From Fimbriosthenelais zetlandica (lineage: Eukaryota), in the NCBI GenBank assembly GCA_977030845.1, contig OZ365113.1, positions 39,370,001 through 39,434,000 on the forward strand: 64,000 bases of DNA. The letters are read 5' to 3'. Position 1 is the stretch's first letter; each line of letters opens with the position of its first letter. The translations under genes and the position numbers were made by a program. The notes under the pieces are model-generated. The model saw nothing but the letters and a program-made list of their open reading frames with translations. It ran no database searches and had not been told where the DNA came from. Shown here piece after piece: positions 10,901 through 24,321 of the stretch.

Positions 10901-12024
10901 ATGACCACTGCTGTGTGACTTAGTACTGGAGGAACTTGTGGAGGCATTGGGAGGTCCTGGCTTGTTGGAATGGCGAGGGGCTGGAATGGGACCAGGCCAA
11001 TAGTTACGGTAATGAGGTCTATACACCTGGTCAGTTGAGGCCAAAGGAGGGGTGTTATATAAGGCTGTAGCAAAGAGATTCCCACCGAAAGCTTGATAGA
11101 GCGGATTTTTAGGAGCATTGAGCTTTCCTGAGGTACCATCAAACAAAAATGAATTGCCCCCAAATCGTTTTTCCAAGTTCGATAGTGAAGAACCTGTGTT
11201 GGGCAAAGGGTTTGGACTCGAAGTTGAAGGGGGAAGGGGAGTATACTGATATTGGGACTTGGATGAGGAACTATTCTGTTTGGTATCATGTGCTTTAGAT
11301 GAATAGGACACTGGGGAAGTCTTTGGCTTTTTGGACAAGTCCAGTGGCTGTTCATTGTCTGTTAGAAACATTTCACTGGAGTATGTTCTGCTAGCTGGTG
11401 TTATATGACGTGAAACACTGGGTGGTACATTTTGACCTTTGGTTGAGGATGATGAGGATTTATCCTTGACCTTGACATGGGTTGAAGAGGAGCTTAACCT
11501 CGGTATCTCTTTCATCTCCTTGATGACCTTGATTGAAGGTTTGTAAGGCAGTTTGACTGTCTCTTTCAGTTTCGGAGTTTGGTACTTGTCATAGACTGAA
11601 GGGAGCTTCTGCTCTATAGCTTTTGACATGTTTTCCAAAGAACTCAGTGGCCTTTCAGAAAGTTCAAGATCATCAGGAAGCAATGGCACCATTGATGGCG
11701 GCAGTGGTGTCTTGGCTGCATGTTCGGTATGCAATTCCTTCGCAGGAGCTGGCGAGGGAGGTTTGGGAGGAGGAGGTGAAGGAGGAGGAGGGGGTGGTGA
11801 CTTTTCAGCAATGGGAGATGTGGGTGAGGAGGGCTCCATGTTAATTTTTGTTTCTTCAGGCGGCTCAGTTGAGTCTTCTTTGCCCGAGTTTCCAGCCTCT
11901 GCCTCGTCAGCTTTGCTTTCTACTTCATCTTTCTGGTCATCATCTTCGTCTTCCTCTTCTTCCTCCTCTTCTCCCGTACCTGCATCCTTGTCGCCTTCTT
12001 CCTCTTCTTTTCCGTCCTCTGAGT
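7907..12024 (-). CDS. tsh: Teashirt/Tiptop-family zinc-finger transcription factor, large terminal coding exon (about 1372 residues; first exon not located)
   Basis: 1379-aa ORF contains PKLVRGQDMWLNQGMEQTRQILRCMQCGESFKSLPELTIHMMKTRHYTNI, matching the diagnostic Tsh/Tio block (KLVRGQDVWLGKG.EQ.RQILKC...HYTNI). It also has five Zn fingers, PLDLS, an HPLDSLQKL motif and a Tiptop-like C-terminus (KFNKYYEMANELANK). The exon start is set at the TTTCAG acceptor (12030-12025). Confidence 0.93.
8042..8107 (-). other. Zinc finger 5 (C-terminal C2H2, Tiptop-like)
   Basis: CQACNRTFASKGSYRYHLSRCH. Confidence 0.92.
9782..9841 (-). other. Zinc finger 4 (C2HC-type)
   Basis: CENCGERIETQKFVEHVRAC. Confidence 0.7.
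10352..10420 (-). other. Zinc finger 3 (C2H2)
   Basis: CKVCHESFKDMDGLANHMVVSGH. Confidence 0.92.
10517..10585 (-). other. Zinc finger 2 (C2H2, Tsh-type H-x5-H)
   Basis: CMQCGESFKSLPELTIHMMKTRH. Confidence 0.95.
10694..10759 (-). other. Zinc finger 1 (atypical C-x1-C spacing)
   Basis: CSCKKQFSTLYDLTIHMQNTGH: C-x3-F-x5-L-x2-H-x5-H is canonical, but only one residue separates the two Cys. Confidence 0.75.
11333..11347 (-). other. CtBP-binding PLDLS motif
   Basis: EQPLDLSKKPK. PxDLS is the established CtBP motif of Tsh/TSHZ proteins. Confidence 0.85.
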
Positions 12025-12055
12025 CTGAAATATAAACAACAACCATAAGTTAATT
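12025..12055 (-). other. Splice acceptor and putative branch point of the tsh terminal exon (phase 1)
   Basis: Minus strand aattaAc-ttatggttgttgtttatatttcAG|ACTCAGAG: T-rich tract, TTTCAG, branch-like A about 25 nt upstream; composition switches from AT-rich to acidic-codon sequence here. Confidence 0.8.
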
Positions 12056-14433
12056 CGGAACAGACCAACAAATTCAGCAATTCATAATAATATTTGTTCT
12101 TATATTATAGGAACAAAGCTCTGTGTCATATCGTGTATAAAATGGGAATAAGAAAAATGGTGTAGCAATAAAGGATGTAGTCTGACTGAATTGTTGGATA
12201 AAACACTCCCCAGCTTGCTCTAAGAACTACTCCCACAGCGATTGACTCAAGCTAAAAGATTCAGACATGCGTCAGTATCAAGACACACATGCACATTAGT
12301 GTCCAAATCAGAGAGCCCAGGCAGCCCCGGGGTACCATGCACCACAAGACAATGGTGATTCAATTTCTCTGTAGTCTCAATCATCCTTGATTTGGTGCAA
12401 TGACAAGAAATCCAATAGAAATTGTTGGTGGGAGAGTACCCATAATTAAGCCAGACGTTACGTCCAAGACGTGCGCAGAGTAATCTGTATTTGGCCTCTG
12501 ATGTTACACGGCCTTGCCTCTAGTGGTGCGGCCTTCTGGGAAATTATCATCTTGTGAGGGAATATCAAACAGGTTTTCTTGTCTTGCCTGACACGACCAC
12601 TTGTCCGTGATGGTAAGGCAAGTGTCAGTTTTCTGCTAAATAAGGATTTAATTCCCAGGGTGGGTGAATTAAAACTTTCCCCCTTCCATTGCTGGAGATA
12701 AATTGGTTTTATTTTGGTGGTGCTTCAGCCAAGTCTTGTAAATAAGATCTGGAGGAGAGCAACTGCGATTAATGCCTTAAATATTCAACACCAATGTTTC
12801 TTGTTCGCAGTCCTGTAAAGTACTCATTTCATTATGGGGAAGATAATGTCAGAAAAGAATGGAGTGATTAAAAGACGAGGAAATGTGAGCTAATAAGTGA
12901 TGTTGCCTATCACTTTGACCTTTTATAAAGATGGGAATCTTGTGACTTGTTTAGAGTGTTATACCTTCACTTCTCAAAAAGAAAGCCGCCTTTAAAATGT
13001 ATATGAATCCGTGAGACACCTCCTCAATATATGTAATCATAGTAATCCCCTCTTCCACGCGAGATGCATCAAAAAGCTATGACTAAAAAAGACCAGAGAG
13101 ATCGTAACACCTTTTTATCCTCGTTTTCCATGGAACTAATTACTACGCAGGCAGTATCGTGTTGATGAAAATTTTGCTACAAGCATACCTTGAAGAGATT
13201 CGGCAGACGATGCACTTTTTGCTTGCCTCATTTCCTTGCAGCACCCTGCGAATGAGCGCAGCAAAAAGTTGTTCTACAGCTCTGGTTGGGTGTCTTAGAA
13301 GCCTTTGTTCGTTACGACTAATTGGAAGCTACTTTATAGAGCTGAGAGAGGGGCACATATGGTGGATTGAACATAGTTTTCACTCATTTCATTTAAAAAA
13401 AATAATAAAACCATAAACATGGGTGAGAGAATGGCTCTGCTCTCTGAATACAGTGTGACTCATTATCTTTGATTGTTGGACATAATTCTAAGTTTTCTAA
13501 GAGGGAATGTAATCATCATCTAACCTTCTGGCTCAGTTGGAGTTGGCAACCAAGTGGATTTCTCCCCTAGACCACACTAATGGCAAAAGGCACTTGCTTC
13601 AAACAAAATCATTGGAGGCGTGCTCGATCTGATATAGAGTGAATATGCCAATCGATATAGTCAAGCCTACTCGTTGATTATAATACACTTGAAATCAAGC
13701 TCGCCACACTTGTCACTATATGTATTCATATTTTCTTCCCCGACCACGCTTCCACTTCCTTCTCCACATTAAAAAATTAGCAGTGATGAGTTAATTTTGC
13801 CCAACGGCTCTTTCCAAGAGAGACAAACGCGCTGCGACTGGTTTACCCGTTTTTAAGGTCTTTTTATGCATTTGCAGTGACAGTGTCTCTAACTCGGACT
13901 ACCATTGGGATGCCAAGAGGGAGAGCTGTGTGCTTTCTCCTCATACTTATATGACAATGAAAACAGGCAAGTGAATACGACTTTTTATGCTTAATTAGCG
14001 GCTGCTCAGATAAAATTGTCAGCTTTTGTCATCGTGTGACAGACTTATGGAAGCGTTAATTACCGTCCTCCTTGACTTAATGAAGAGTCCATTTAATGGC
14101 TGATTCTCCTTTATGTGTTGTTTATAATGTACTGGAGTTGAATGTCACAAAAGAAATGGACTCATTAAGGTACTGCAGCCCAACCACAAGCCGCACTTCT
14201 AGTGCTAAAATAATGAATAGGTAAAAAGGCTCATTATCTTAATGAATTATTATGATGACAGTGGAAAGAAATGGAAATTTATGAAAAGTAATCCCTGATC
14301 TATTCAATGAATGTGAATTTTTCATAATGTTAAAATATTATAGACGATCATGCGTCCATGTATTAGGTATTTACTTATGGCCTTTGTAAATTATCCTACC
14401 TCACCTTGCACATAGCCCTGCCTCACTCAAGCA

Positions 14434-14450
14434 CCCCCCCCCCCCCCCCC
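14434..14450 (+). repeat. Poly-C (17 nt) in a C-rich tract
   Basis: Direct reading. Confidence 0.95.
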
Positions 14451-15991
14451 ACCCACCCCCCGGACTTCCCCCGCACCCCGTCTTCCACTCTCAGCCAGCA
14501 GTAGAGGCAGGAGCAGGAGAGTGACAGACACCCTTGAGGTAATTGAAGTTCAGGTAGGCTTGGCATTAGGACGATTGATCTGACTTTGAGAGGGCAGACA
14601 GCGTGAGCAGGAGGCTGTCAGGAGGAGCGCCTCATTGAGAGACAGCACCGGAATCTGAAACAATGCTGCCCCGGTTTCATCACATTAACCAGTGGCAAGA
14701 TCAAGCAGATCAGCCGGTGATCAAAGTCTCAACTGCTCCTTAGACTTCTCTCTGTCTCTGTCTCTTCTTGCTTTCTCTTGCTCGCTCTCCCCAGCCATCT
14801 CCTATCCCCCAGGGATGAATGAATGGGCGATATTTCCATCAATTGCCTGTTCCCGTGACCATCCTCTTCCCCCTTATTCCAACCCCTTATACACTGCTAC
14901 CGAATCCTTAATTTTATACTACTACCCAAAAAAAATCAGGCACTCAAGCACCTGCAAACAGTGTGAAACTTTTATATCAAAAATATGACTGAGAGTGTCA
15001 TCTCTTTGTCTTCAGTTCTATATATAGGTGGGTGGGTAGCTATTATCTCCATGGAGGGCAGGTAAAGTGTGTGTGTGTGAGATGTTTGCTCCCAATATAG
15101 CAGGCAGAAGCTCTATACATGGTCTCAATGACAACCCTTGACGCCTGCAGATAATATTGACATATCATTAGCGGGAGGGATAGCGCTAACTAGGAGAGGT
15201 CGGTGCTATCAGAGGCTTCCACTGACTTATGTTCGTCCAAGACGGGCGGGGGATTTAAAGGTGGTATATACACCTTCTCGTGGACTTATCTCTTCTGGTT
15301 TCCATAACAAAATTTTGTCTAAATATTAGCTTAACGTCCAGTCCACATGATGCCTGAACTACTGGTCTCTAAAGGGTCTAATACAGAGCACAGGTGCCAA
15401 TGGACGCGTCAAACAGCATCCATGACCTTAACCCCGTCCTCTGATGGTACCGTGTAAGAAGAGCAAACTTCTAGGACATATCAACAACTCGTTGATTGAC
15501 TCAAACTGCGTCCACTTGCTCTGATCCAATATAACTGGACACTTAACGGTCGAAATATATATTTCAAATTATGACATCTGCTTGCACGGGTCTCTGGACA
15601 GTCAGATCCCCAATGGAAACCTTTGATGTGTTATTAACAATTAACAATCTAATGCGGAGGCAGAAATGGATGATTAAGAGCTTATCCCCAGACCAGGCAT
15701 TCCCTGGTCCGTATGTCTAAATACGACCTTGTATTTTTATCTCCATCTAAATCTAAAGCAGTAAATGATATTTATATTCAACTCCTGCAACATGTACAGA
15801 GCAGTGATGGTTTAATTGCATGGAATTCCGTGTAGAATTAGATCAAATTGGAATGGCTTTTAATATCATCATTGCTGATCGAGATGAGATAAGCATGTAA
15901 GATAAGCAAGCCAAAGGAGGCCATTAGTGGGAAGGTATAGGAGAGTAAAGGGAGGGAGGGGAGAGGCTCTCTCTTTCCTCCCTCCCTCTCC

Positions 15992-15994
<3 letters not shown>

Positions 15995-16030
<36 letters not shown>
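15995..16030 (+). repeat. (CT)18 microsatellite
   Basis: Direct reading; preceded by a purine/pyrimidine tract from about 15940. Confidence 0.95.
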
Positions 16031-16036
<6 letters not shown>

Positions 16037-16363
16037 ATGTCCTCGGGCCATGCCCCCCTCCCCTCCATAAGCACACCATCAGGCTGATATTATATCATAT
16101 ATCAGAGACGGAGGATAATTTACACGCTCCGTTTTCAGACTGGGGGCACCTCCCCTCCTCGCCTGGCCATCTATCTACATGGGCTAGATTGAATGAAGAT
16201 TGACACAATCTAGCGCGCCATGGTGCTATGGAAGAGAAGAGGCAGGGCCGAGAGAAGGGCGGACGGACGTAGAGAGGGGAGCAACCATAGAGAGAAAGGC
16301 TACATCAATAGAGGCAGCAATCTTCCTGCGTCAGCCTTCACAGCTGAGTGACAGGTGACAGCA

Positions 16364-16377
16364 GTTGCCATGGAAAC
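16364..16377. promoter_or_regulatory. RFX X-box
   Basis: GTTGCCATGGAAAC. Confidence 0.5.
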
Positions 16378-16627
16378 CAGACCTGATTCCACCAATCAAA
16401 CGTCAGTGTCACATCTCGGGGCTGGCTGGAGGTTGACAGGCTGTATGCCAGGCGATCTCTTATCGAGGTTGAAGGCTGAAGGCCCCCACCCCCTTCCCTC
16501 CCTCCCTCCCACGACCATTCACCCCCTCCCCCATGTCCTACCTATAGCCACACCGGAGCCTATATATACACTATAGTAATGGTGCTTTCTGTGTGTCTGG
16601 GTATTTTCCTACCATCACAAGAGCCGC

Positions 16628-16646
16628 CACCACCACCACCACCACC
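16628..16646 (+). repeat. (CAC)6 trinucleotide repeat
   Basis: caccaccaccaccaccacc. Confidence 0.9.
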
Positions 16647-17626
16647 TACTTGTGGATCTCAAAATCACAAAACATCTCTTCCATATTGACCCCTCTTCAC
16701 TCATATTTAGTATAAAATCTAAGGCCAGTAGAGAGTACATAAAGATCAGTATTACGAGGGGTGGGGGAGCGTGATGGCAGACACACAGCCTCCCCTTGAT
16801 CCTAGTTTATGACCACCACATCGTGATACCATATTGAACATATGAAAACCTGTTCGTGTACGTTACATAAACAAGGGCCAAGTGTTTACCCTCTTCTTAC
16901 ATTACCAGCTAGTTCTCTCTGCTGGCTTTGGGGGCTCGGATAAAATATGCCTGCCAACATGCACCATTTATATACTACTTACACCGTCATTTGTGCCACA
17001 AACGCCTGTAAAACGCTCATGCTGGCTTTTTGTTATATTCAAGCACACACGCATGACATTTCCGATTTAACACGACATAGCCAATCGAGTTGTCAGTAAT
17101 AAATATTGTGCCTGACATATTGGACATTCTCTTTGCATTCAGCAGCCACTGACAGCCATTGGGGATATAGCGTTCTCTTCATTCCACTTTTCCCCTTATA
17201 AGAGTAGAGAATTACCATCTATCATGTTGTAGGCTGAACGTCAATAAAGCAAACATATTTTTGCCAATAGCTGGCACGTCAGGAAGGCTGGGAGGCCTAT
17301 CATGTTCCATCATGTCATCATCAACTCATGCTAATGTCTTATCCCTGTCCGTTCTTCCCTCTCAAACATGAAGTGTTGAAATAAAGTGACCATTTCCCTT
17401 GCTTATTCCTCCTCTCCCTCCCTGCTGCAGCATTCAGCTAATGGGGAAATCAAGGCCAGAAAAAAGGGCGACAAGAGTGTGAAGGAAAGGATAAAAAACA
17501 AAACCGGGTATTAGTTGTCACTTCATTATTATTCACGACTGGAGGGCCCTGCGCTTACTGTCAATCACGACCTGTCAGGTGTGGTTAAGGTGGCATTGGT
17601 AGGCTAGCATGCACAGCCCACTGTGC

Positions 17627-17658
17627 GTGTGGGTGTGGGTGTGGGTGTGGGTGTGGGG
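17627..17658 (+). repeat. (GTGTGG)5 hexamer repeat; canonical G-quadruplex pattern
   Basis: gggtgtgggtgtgggtgtgggtgtgggg. Confidence 0.9.
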
Positions 17659-20600
17659 TGGTGAGGGAAGGGGGAGTTTTGTGTAGGAAGGAAAACAAAG
17701 AGTGATTTAGAATCTACTTCTTGATCCATATAAAGGGGGTGTTCATATTATGACATGCGGCTCATGGACACAACCCAGATTTTTCAAAATGAAAATAAGG
17801 CAATAAATTCGGGTAGAAATTGGAATCTTAAACTTAAAGGAGGAAGGGGTCTAGGGCCCTTCAAGGCCTACCTCACGGATCCATGGTGGAGGGCCAGGAC
17901 TGGGTTGACAAGGAAGTGGCGGCCAGGGCCCACCCACCCACACAAGGGGCCCTTCCTCCCTCCCCCTCATTGGCAAGCTGATGCTAGTCGAGTCTGACAG
18001 GTCCCGCATCGCTAGGCTGATGGGGAAGGGCATAGCAACGGTTGTCAGGGGCAGAGCGCCGATTATGTTACCCTAACAGTAACAATATTTCCTACCTGTC
18101 AATCAAGTTCGTCAAGCCTGAAAACTAATGTGACAGGCGGGTCTGGGGAGGACGGGGGTGAGCAGAGCCGGACAAGGAGAACAACAATATAAAGGCTTTG
18201 GTTAGGGGGACATTTTGCTCCCGGGGCATGTATACAATGCAGCAATGCTAACATTAACACACTGCCATTCTCCCTTACTACTATCACAAGAATGAGGAAG
18301 TACGTCACCCATAACAACATGGCTGCAAGGACAAGCATCTTAACAGCAATATGCATAAATGCAGACAGCATTTTCTTCTTGAACCAGACATGAAACAATA
18401 CTAATGTTCATTGGGATACATAGCCTTCAGGGCAGCCCTGCAATATACATGCGAGTCTCAGGGTGGCGATTGCTGAATCTACAGACAAAATGATGCAAGA
18501 CGACACCGAGTGTTTTAGGAAAGAATCTCAACATCCAGGAAAATGGGACCCACGACTGAGAATGCTATCCCTTCCATCTGTAAATCAACATCGATTAATG
18601 ATGGGACATTTTTGCGTTAAAGCATGCTCTATGAATGCTCGTTAATCAGATGAAAGCTGATAAGGATGTAGAGATGATAATTCTTAGCCAAAGGGATCGA
18701 TTTAGAAGCCTCCAATGGAGGGAATCCGTTATCAGAGGAAGGGTGAGGCTAAAATGAGCAGGGTTTCTCACTACAACAGGCATCAGCTGCTCAATTCTCT
18801 ACCTAAAGAAGCCATAAAATGAAACCTAATGAATTGAAACTAACCGAAGGGTTTGGGTTTAGAAAAGGCCTCAACTTGTTCATAATCTAAGCAGGATCTC
18901 AGACACTGTCAACCCAGGGAAAATCACCTTTCTGCAGGGCAGGTCTAAAGGTCTCGTTTTGGAACAGACTTCATTCGTGATTCAAAGCAGTGCTAATAAC
19001 TGGCTGAAATGGCATTGATTGCGAGATGCCATTGTCGGTGTCTGATGGGAGGTAGTATATCAGAGGGACGTGACAATGAACACTGATATAAGGCAGGTTT
19101 TTACACGATTTACGGCCTCTCCCCCCACCATGTAATTGAGCTCTCCCCGGCGATATATTCCATCCTTTTTCCCTCAGCTTTCCATGCACCTTCTCCGCCA
19201 TACAGTCTGGCGTTATTTTCCTATTCCGGAGAAAAATAGAAATATCTTTGATCCTGTGGCTTAGAGGAGAGGGGTATTACCTAGTCAGGGGGAAGTTCGT
19301 GATTACTTCACTCGGTTGAGGATTAAAAACAACGTGTTACACTACTTGAGCTGCACTCAAAAAAGGTATGAGGTACAAGAGGTCCCCATAAAGGAAATGA
19401 TATGGGATCATAAGCAGAGAAAAAATGCCACAAAACTTGTATTAATGAGTGTGAAAACTGTGACACTGTAATCCTTTGTAATCCTTGCTAATGATAATTA
19501 TATTCTCCTGCATTCTAATGCTTCCTTTGATCACAGGATGATAAGTTTTTGTTCATCACTCAAGCAGGTTTAGAGAGCAGACGCGCCTTCCTCTAGCTAT
19601 ATCTCTCCCCACCCCTTTTTCCCTTTCTATCTCCCAACTGGTACGAAAAGTTAATTACCCATTGGATTTATTACCCAGTATAAGATGACAGTCCTCTGAT
19701 AAGCTTTAGAATATAAGCTTGGTAATAATAATCATAAATTTTGTACAATATCTCAGACGCAATCACTAGCATACTATCATGAAATACCCAATAATGGTTA
19801 ACATACATCGTCAGGACGAATCATCATCCAGCAAGGAAGGCTGGAAACAGGCTTCTGCTCTCACCAAGACAGAGCAAACTTTCATGTCCAACACATTTCA
19901 GACTTATCAATCTACATTAAAGTTGAAATTCAACCCCTGGCAAATGAAGTCATTTCTAGAAACTGCTGATATGTGATAAGAAGCAAATATTATGGAGCAC
20001 AGGCTATATGGAATTTCACATTTCTCAGACAGAAGACCTACGAAACTGAGATCTTAATGATGCTAGGGGTTCTGGTTCTAAGAGATAGATTTTTAAAATT
20101 GGACATGCAATCGAAAGTCCAACATGTCCAATAAAACAGATTAGTTCATTCTATACATTTAAGACAACATAGTGTATATTCTTCCTTTTCTGAAAATGTA
20201 ACACTGCATGCAATACCCAGCCAAAGGCAACAACTCTTGGGATCGTAAATCACATTGACGTCATACAGTAAAGTCACAAACCAGACATCATCAAGTAATA
20301 TAAGGCAATTTGTTGAGCAATTTACAAGAGAGCAATTATCCAGTCTCAACACGGCCAATCTATCTCATACACATTATTAACAGTATCCATGCAGCATACC
20401 TGTTGATGATAAGGAAGTACCCAACCCATCCTCCTCCTGCGATTTCTAAGTTTGCAGAGAAAGGTGACATAGCCAAAATATAGCCATGCTTTTTAATATG
20501 TTAGCACCATGCTAAAAAAATACCAGCCCCACACATGATTTCTCATTTTGATGTGCTCCATGTATAAAAAGTTTTCACAATGCAGTGAATCATTCCCACC

Positions 20601-22603
20601 CCGGGGGAAATGTTCATGGCACGAATGCGTGTACCTAGGCTATAGACAATATCCACTTGATTTACGAGCCTGGCGACCACCAAGGCTGTGAATTATTAGA
20701 GTAGAGAATTTACAACAGTACTGGTTATAATTAGCGATGGCGAGTTGGTATCGATCCGGGTGGGGAGGTTGTTACAAGTGAGCTTTACACAATGTGATAT
20801 AATCCATTCTCAAATCCAAAACCATTGACAGTGATTCCTGATACGTGGACATGGATAACCATGTTAGTATACATACAAAGACAAGGCCAGATACACACCC
20901 AGACCTCTGTGTGTGTGCCAAACAATGTCCAAGGGCCGTGTATCAAAACAGATAAGTGTCAGGACCCATCGTTTCAAATGTAAAGTCTCAAGTTTAAGTA
21001 TCCAATAGGGAGGGGAGGGACTGGTGTTGGAGATATAGTAAGGTGAGTTGATGAATGGCTATAACAGGTGAGTCATGCGCCGGGTCCAGCTGGTGGGGGA
21101 GGAGGAGGGCCAGTCTCATCAGGCTCACAATGAAAGCTATGTTTCAAATCGAAATCAATAGCATCCATAGGAATTTAATTTGTAAAACTGGAAGATCATC
21201 AGGTGGTAGGCTATATAGAGATAGAAAACTGTATGTGCCATTATAGGCAAAGTTCGTTTTTACTGGACACATTTTTCCCTTGGCCTCATCTATATATATA
21301 ATGTGGTATAGGCAGGTGAGACTGGGGAGCACTAGGACTGCCACAAGTGGGAGATTAATCGTACTAAGTCAAGGCCAGCAACTTAGCAGTGACAACAATA
21401 ACACATACATGTACTTCCTTTTTTGCTTCCCCTGCCCTCCCGAACTTCTAAACCCTTCCCCATCCCAACACCCACATTCCTTTTAGGCACATCTGGTAAT
21501 TATACATACAGCAAAGTTATGACAAACATCTGAGCTGTCAACTACATTTATGGCCTTGAATAAAGCAATGATAATCACTGGCCACGCAAGACAAAACATG
21601 CATGTTCAATTTTGTGAATGGAAGGCCAGTGTTTTATGTTTTTGAATGCTTTTAGATGGGAGAGGCATAGATGAGGAGTATGTGCGTCTAAGTCAGGGAT
21701 ACAGACAAACTGGGTGTGTTATTCCAGGTGAAAAAATGAAACAATGACAGACGGACATGCCTTGAGTGCTGTTTACACTGACTTGTTATGAATTAATTCA
21801 CTCATGTACAACTTAAACTTGACGGGTCATTCAACCACCACTGATATGTCTTCAACCAGCAAGTACCCAAGAACGATGAATAACAATGCACTTGTTCTGT
21901 GACGATTCAATTTATCCAGAGCAAAAATCCTGTGGGATGTGTCCCGAAAAAAAATATGGGGCCACTCATAAATTTATCATAATTCACAAAATGTGCGGGC
22001 GAATAAAATAATAATAAATCAGTCCAATTAGATGTTAGAATCAACCAGCTGTCCACACAAAGATACCAGAGCCTGTATTGTCTTATTGAAAGGTCAATGT
22101 AAGTATGTTCACAACTTGCTCATAAATATTGTATCGCAATTAACGTCTAGAATAAATTAAAAGCACTTTTGAATGTGACCAATAGCAGTTGGGGAAAGGC
22201 ACATAACAGGTACTTTTAGTCAACTGATACCACAAATAATCTGACCTACATTTTCTTCGCCGAAAAAGGAAAGCATATTGACAGTATATTTAAAATAAAA
22301 ACAATTGTTCAAAGAAGTAGCAACAGGTGAATCTTCTCCATGTGGGATATAAGATTCACATATCATTCAGACGGACAGACAAGTGATAAATGCAGCACAT
22401 CACACTAAATAACTACTTATAGCTTTATCTACATGAAACCTGCCACAGAAACCTGGTAGTGTTCGTGAATTATGAGTATTTCTAGGCCAAAATCTTGCCA
22501 CAACACATCTGGGACATTTGTATGAATATGTTGGTTAATGCTCTTGAAAATAAAATCAGTTTGGAAAGATTTGTTAAAACAAATGGAAGAGTTATGTTAT
22601 GGA

Positions 22604-22627
22604 GATATTCAATACGATATTCAATAC
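22604..22627 (+). repeat. Perfect 12-bp tandem duplication
   Basis: gatattcaatac x2. Confidence 0.9.
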
Positions 22628-22867
22628 GAATCTTGAAAAAAGTTGGGGGATAGTCAAGAAGTGCGGACATGATAAAGGAAAGGTGAACCAAGCACGAAAA
22701 AGATATATTATATCGATGTTACGCAAGTTTATGGAATGAAAATCATAGCAAAGAAGTTATCCAGGAGAAATATATAATGTATGTATAGGAGAAATTGTCT
22801 GAAAACTGAGCGAAAATAATGCAAGAGACGATATGGGATTAGCTCTATCGTTAAGAGAATGAAGAGG

Positions 22868-22929
22868 AGGGGAAAGGGGGCTGGGCGGGGTGGGGGGGGG
22901 GGGGGGGGCTGGTAGGGGAGGAGGGGGGG
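22868..22929 (+). repeat. G-rich tract with a 17-nt poly-G; G-quadruplex-capable
   Basis: Direct reading. Confidence 0.9.
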
Positions 22930-24321
22930 TTTGTATAGTTATTGGGCGCCAGCCCGCAATGGGAGCGTTGAATCTTGACCTGGCACGCCTAGCTCCATGT
23001 AGCCCCCTCATACACGATGTATGATTTATTAGTAAGACGTCATCTGCTCTTCTCCTGCTACCATCATACATCACGCCTAATCAACGTATTATATCTGGCA
23101 GTCTTCTACAGGAACAAAGTCAGTGGATGTAATACATCAAGGGTTAGCCTGTCACAAGTTGACTTCACAGTACTTATTCCACACATAAGTCATCCCACAA
23201 CCGCATTAGGCTTACTAACAGCATACATAATTGGCGGCACAGACTCTTGTTTATAGCTTGTTTCTAGAGCGCCCAAGACTAGAGATGGAGGCTAGAAACG
23301 GACCGTAAAACAGAAAAGTTGTAGGCCGCCAAATTTGTCCGTCTGATAGCAATCACTAGTGGCGCTTTCTGTGAACGGGTCGTGTTTGGAGATGTGGCGA
23401 CAAGCAGTCATCAATACAGCCATTAATGTGGGGGATATCAAGCCTAGCTGACAGACAGGCATCAGTCATCCTTACTTCATACATACACCTCTTAAACCTC
23501 GGCTACACTAAAGCGACTTCCCCACCTGTTGGTCATTATTTAAAAGAGCAAATATAAGAAAAGACCAAGCAGTCTTCAGCGACTATGATTACGTCAAGCT
23601 GAAAAACGTTAAGATTAATTCCTCTACAGGATTCTTGGAGCCAATAGCTTAACAGTCGGTGGTAAAATGGCAGTGGTGTATCTTTGCCTTATATCTCCTC
23701 TCGCCTATCCTCATATACCTTCCATCCTCAGCTTTGCCCTCCTCAACCACCACCACCTCCTATTTCTTCTCTCAAAACACAAGCCAATTAACCAGCCTAT
23801 CTCTACACTTGAGTTATTCCGGAAAAGCCAGGCTTACACCTATAGATCAATGTGTATATTTATAATGAATGAAGGTTATCTATAGGTGGGAAGATTCATT
23901 GAAGGTTATTACTGAAGGTCTTTTTTGTGTGGGTCTCTGTGTCGATGTGCTCCAGTTCAGTCTTATAATTTTCCTGACTGTTAGACTGATGAAAATCTGA
24001 TGTGCAGCTCTGATAATTCCATATAATTACATCATTCAGACGTCTTTGTCATTGTTTATGACATTTTCACATGACAAACGCGAATGACATATATTATACA
24101 GAGTCCTTTCTGCTTTTTATGTCCCGAGGAAAAAAGGGCAACCCCCAAATACAATGTATATCAGAAAACTTAGGAACTCGTTCCATACATAATGCTACAA
24201 CCCTTAATTTTTATTTAGGATGAATTATGTAGAACAAGCGCAGAGCGGACGAGACAAATTCTCCACAGAAGACTTGTGGTGTAGTTAGCCTGATTCGTTT
24301 CCTATCATTTCTGACCTTCAA

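Noticed and set aside
12025-12046. ORF-track start MVVVYIS of the 1379-aa ORF
   Set aside because: These codons are the T-rich polypyrimidine tract and AG acceptor; they are most likely intronic.
8028-12048. Overlapping ORFs (8028-8534 +, 8880-9179 +, 9852-10262 +, 10720-11355 -, 11628-12035 + and others)
   Set aside because: Antisense or alternative-frame shadows of the S/P/E-rich tsh exon; no domain-like content.
14730-14845. ...SKRKQEE... frame as a possible tsh exon 1
   Set aside because: Low-complexity purine tract; ends at a stop without a convincing donor.
15838-16074. ERERER / RERERE ORFs
   Set aside because: Translations of the (CT)n microsatellite.
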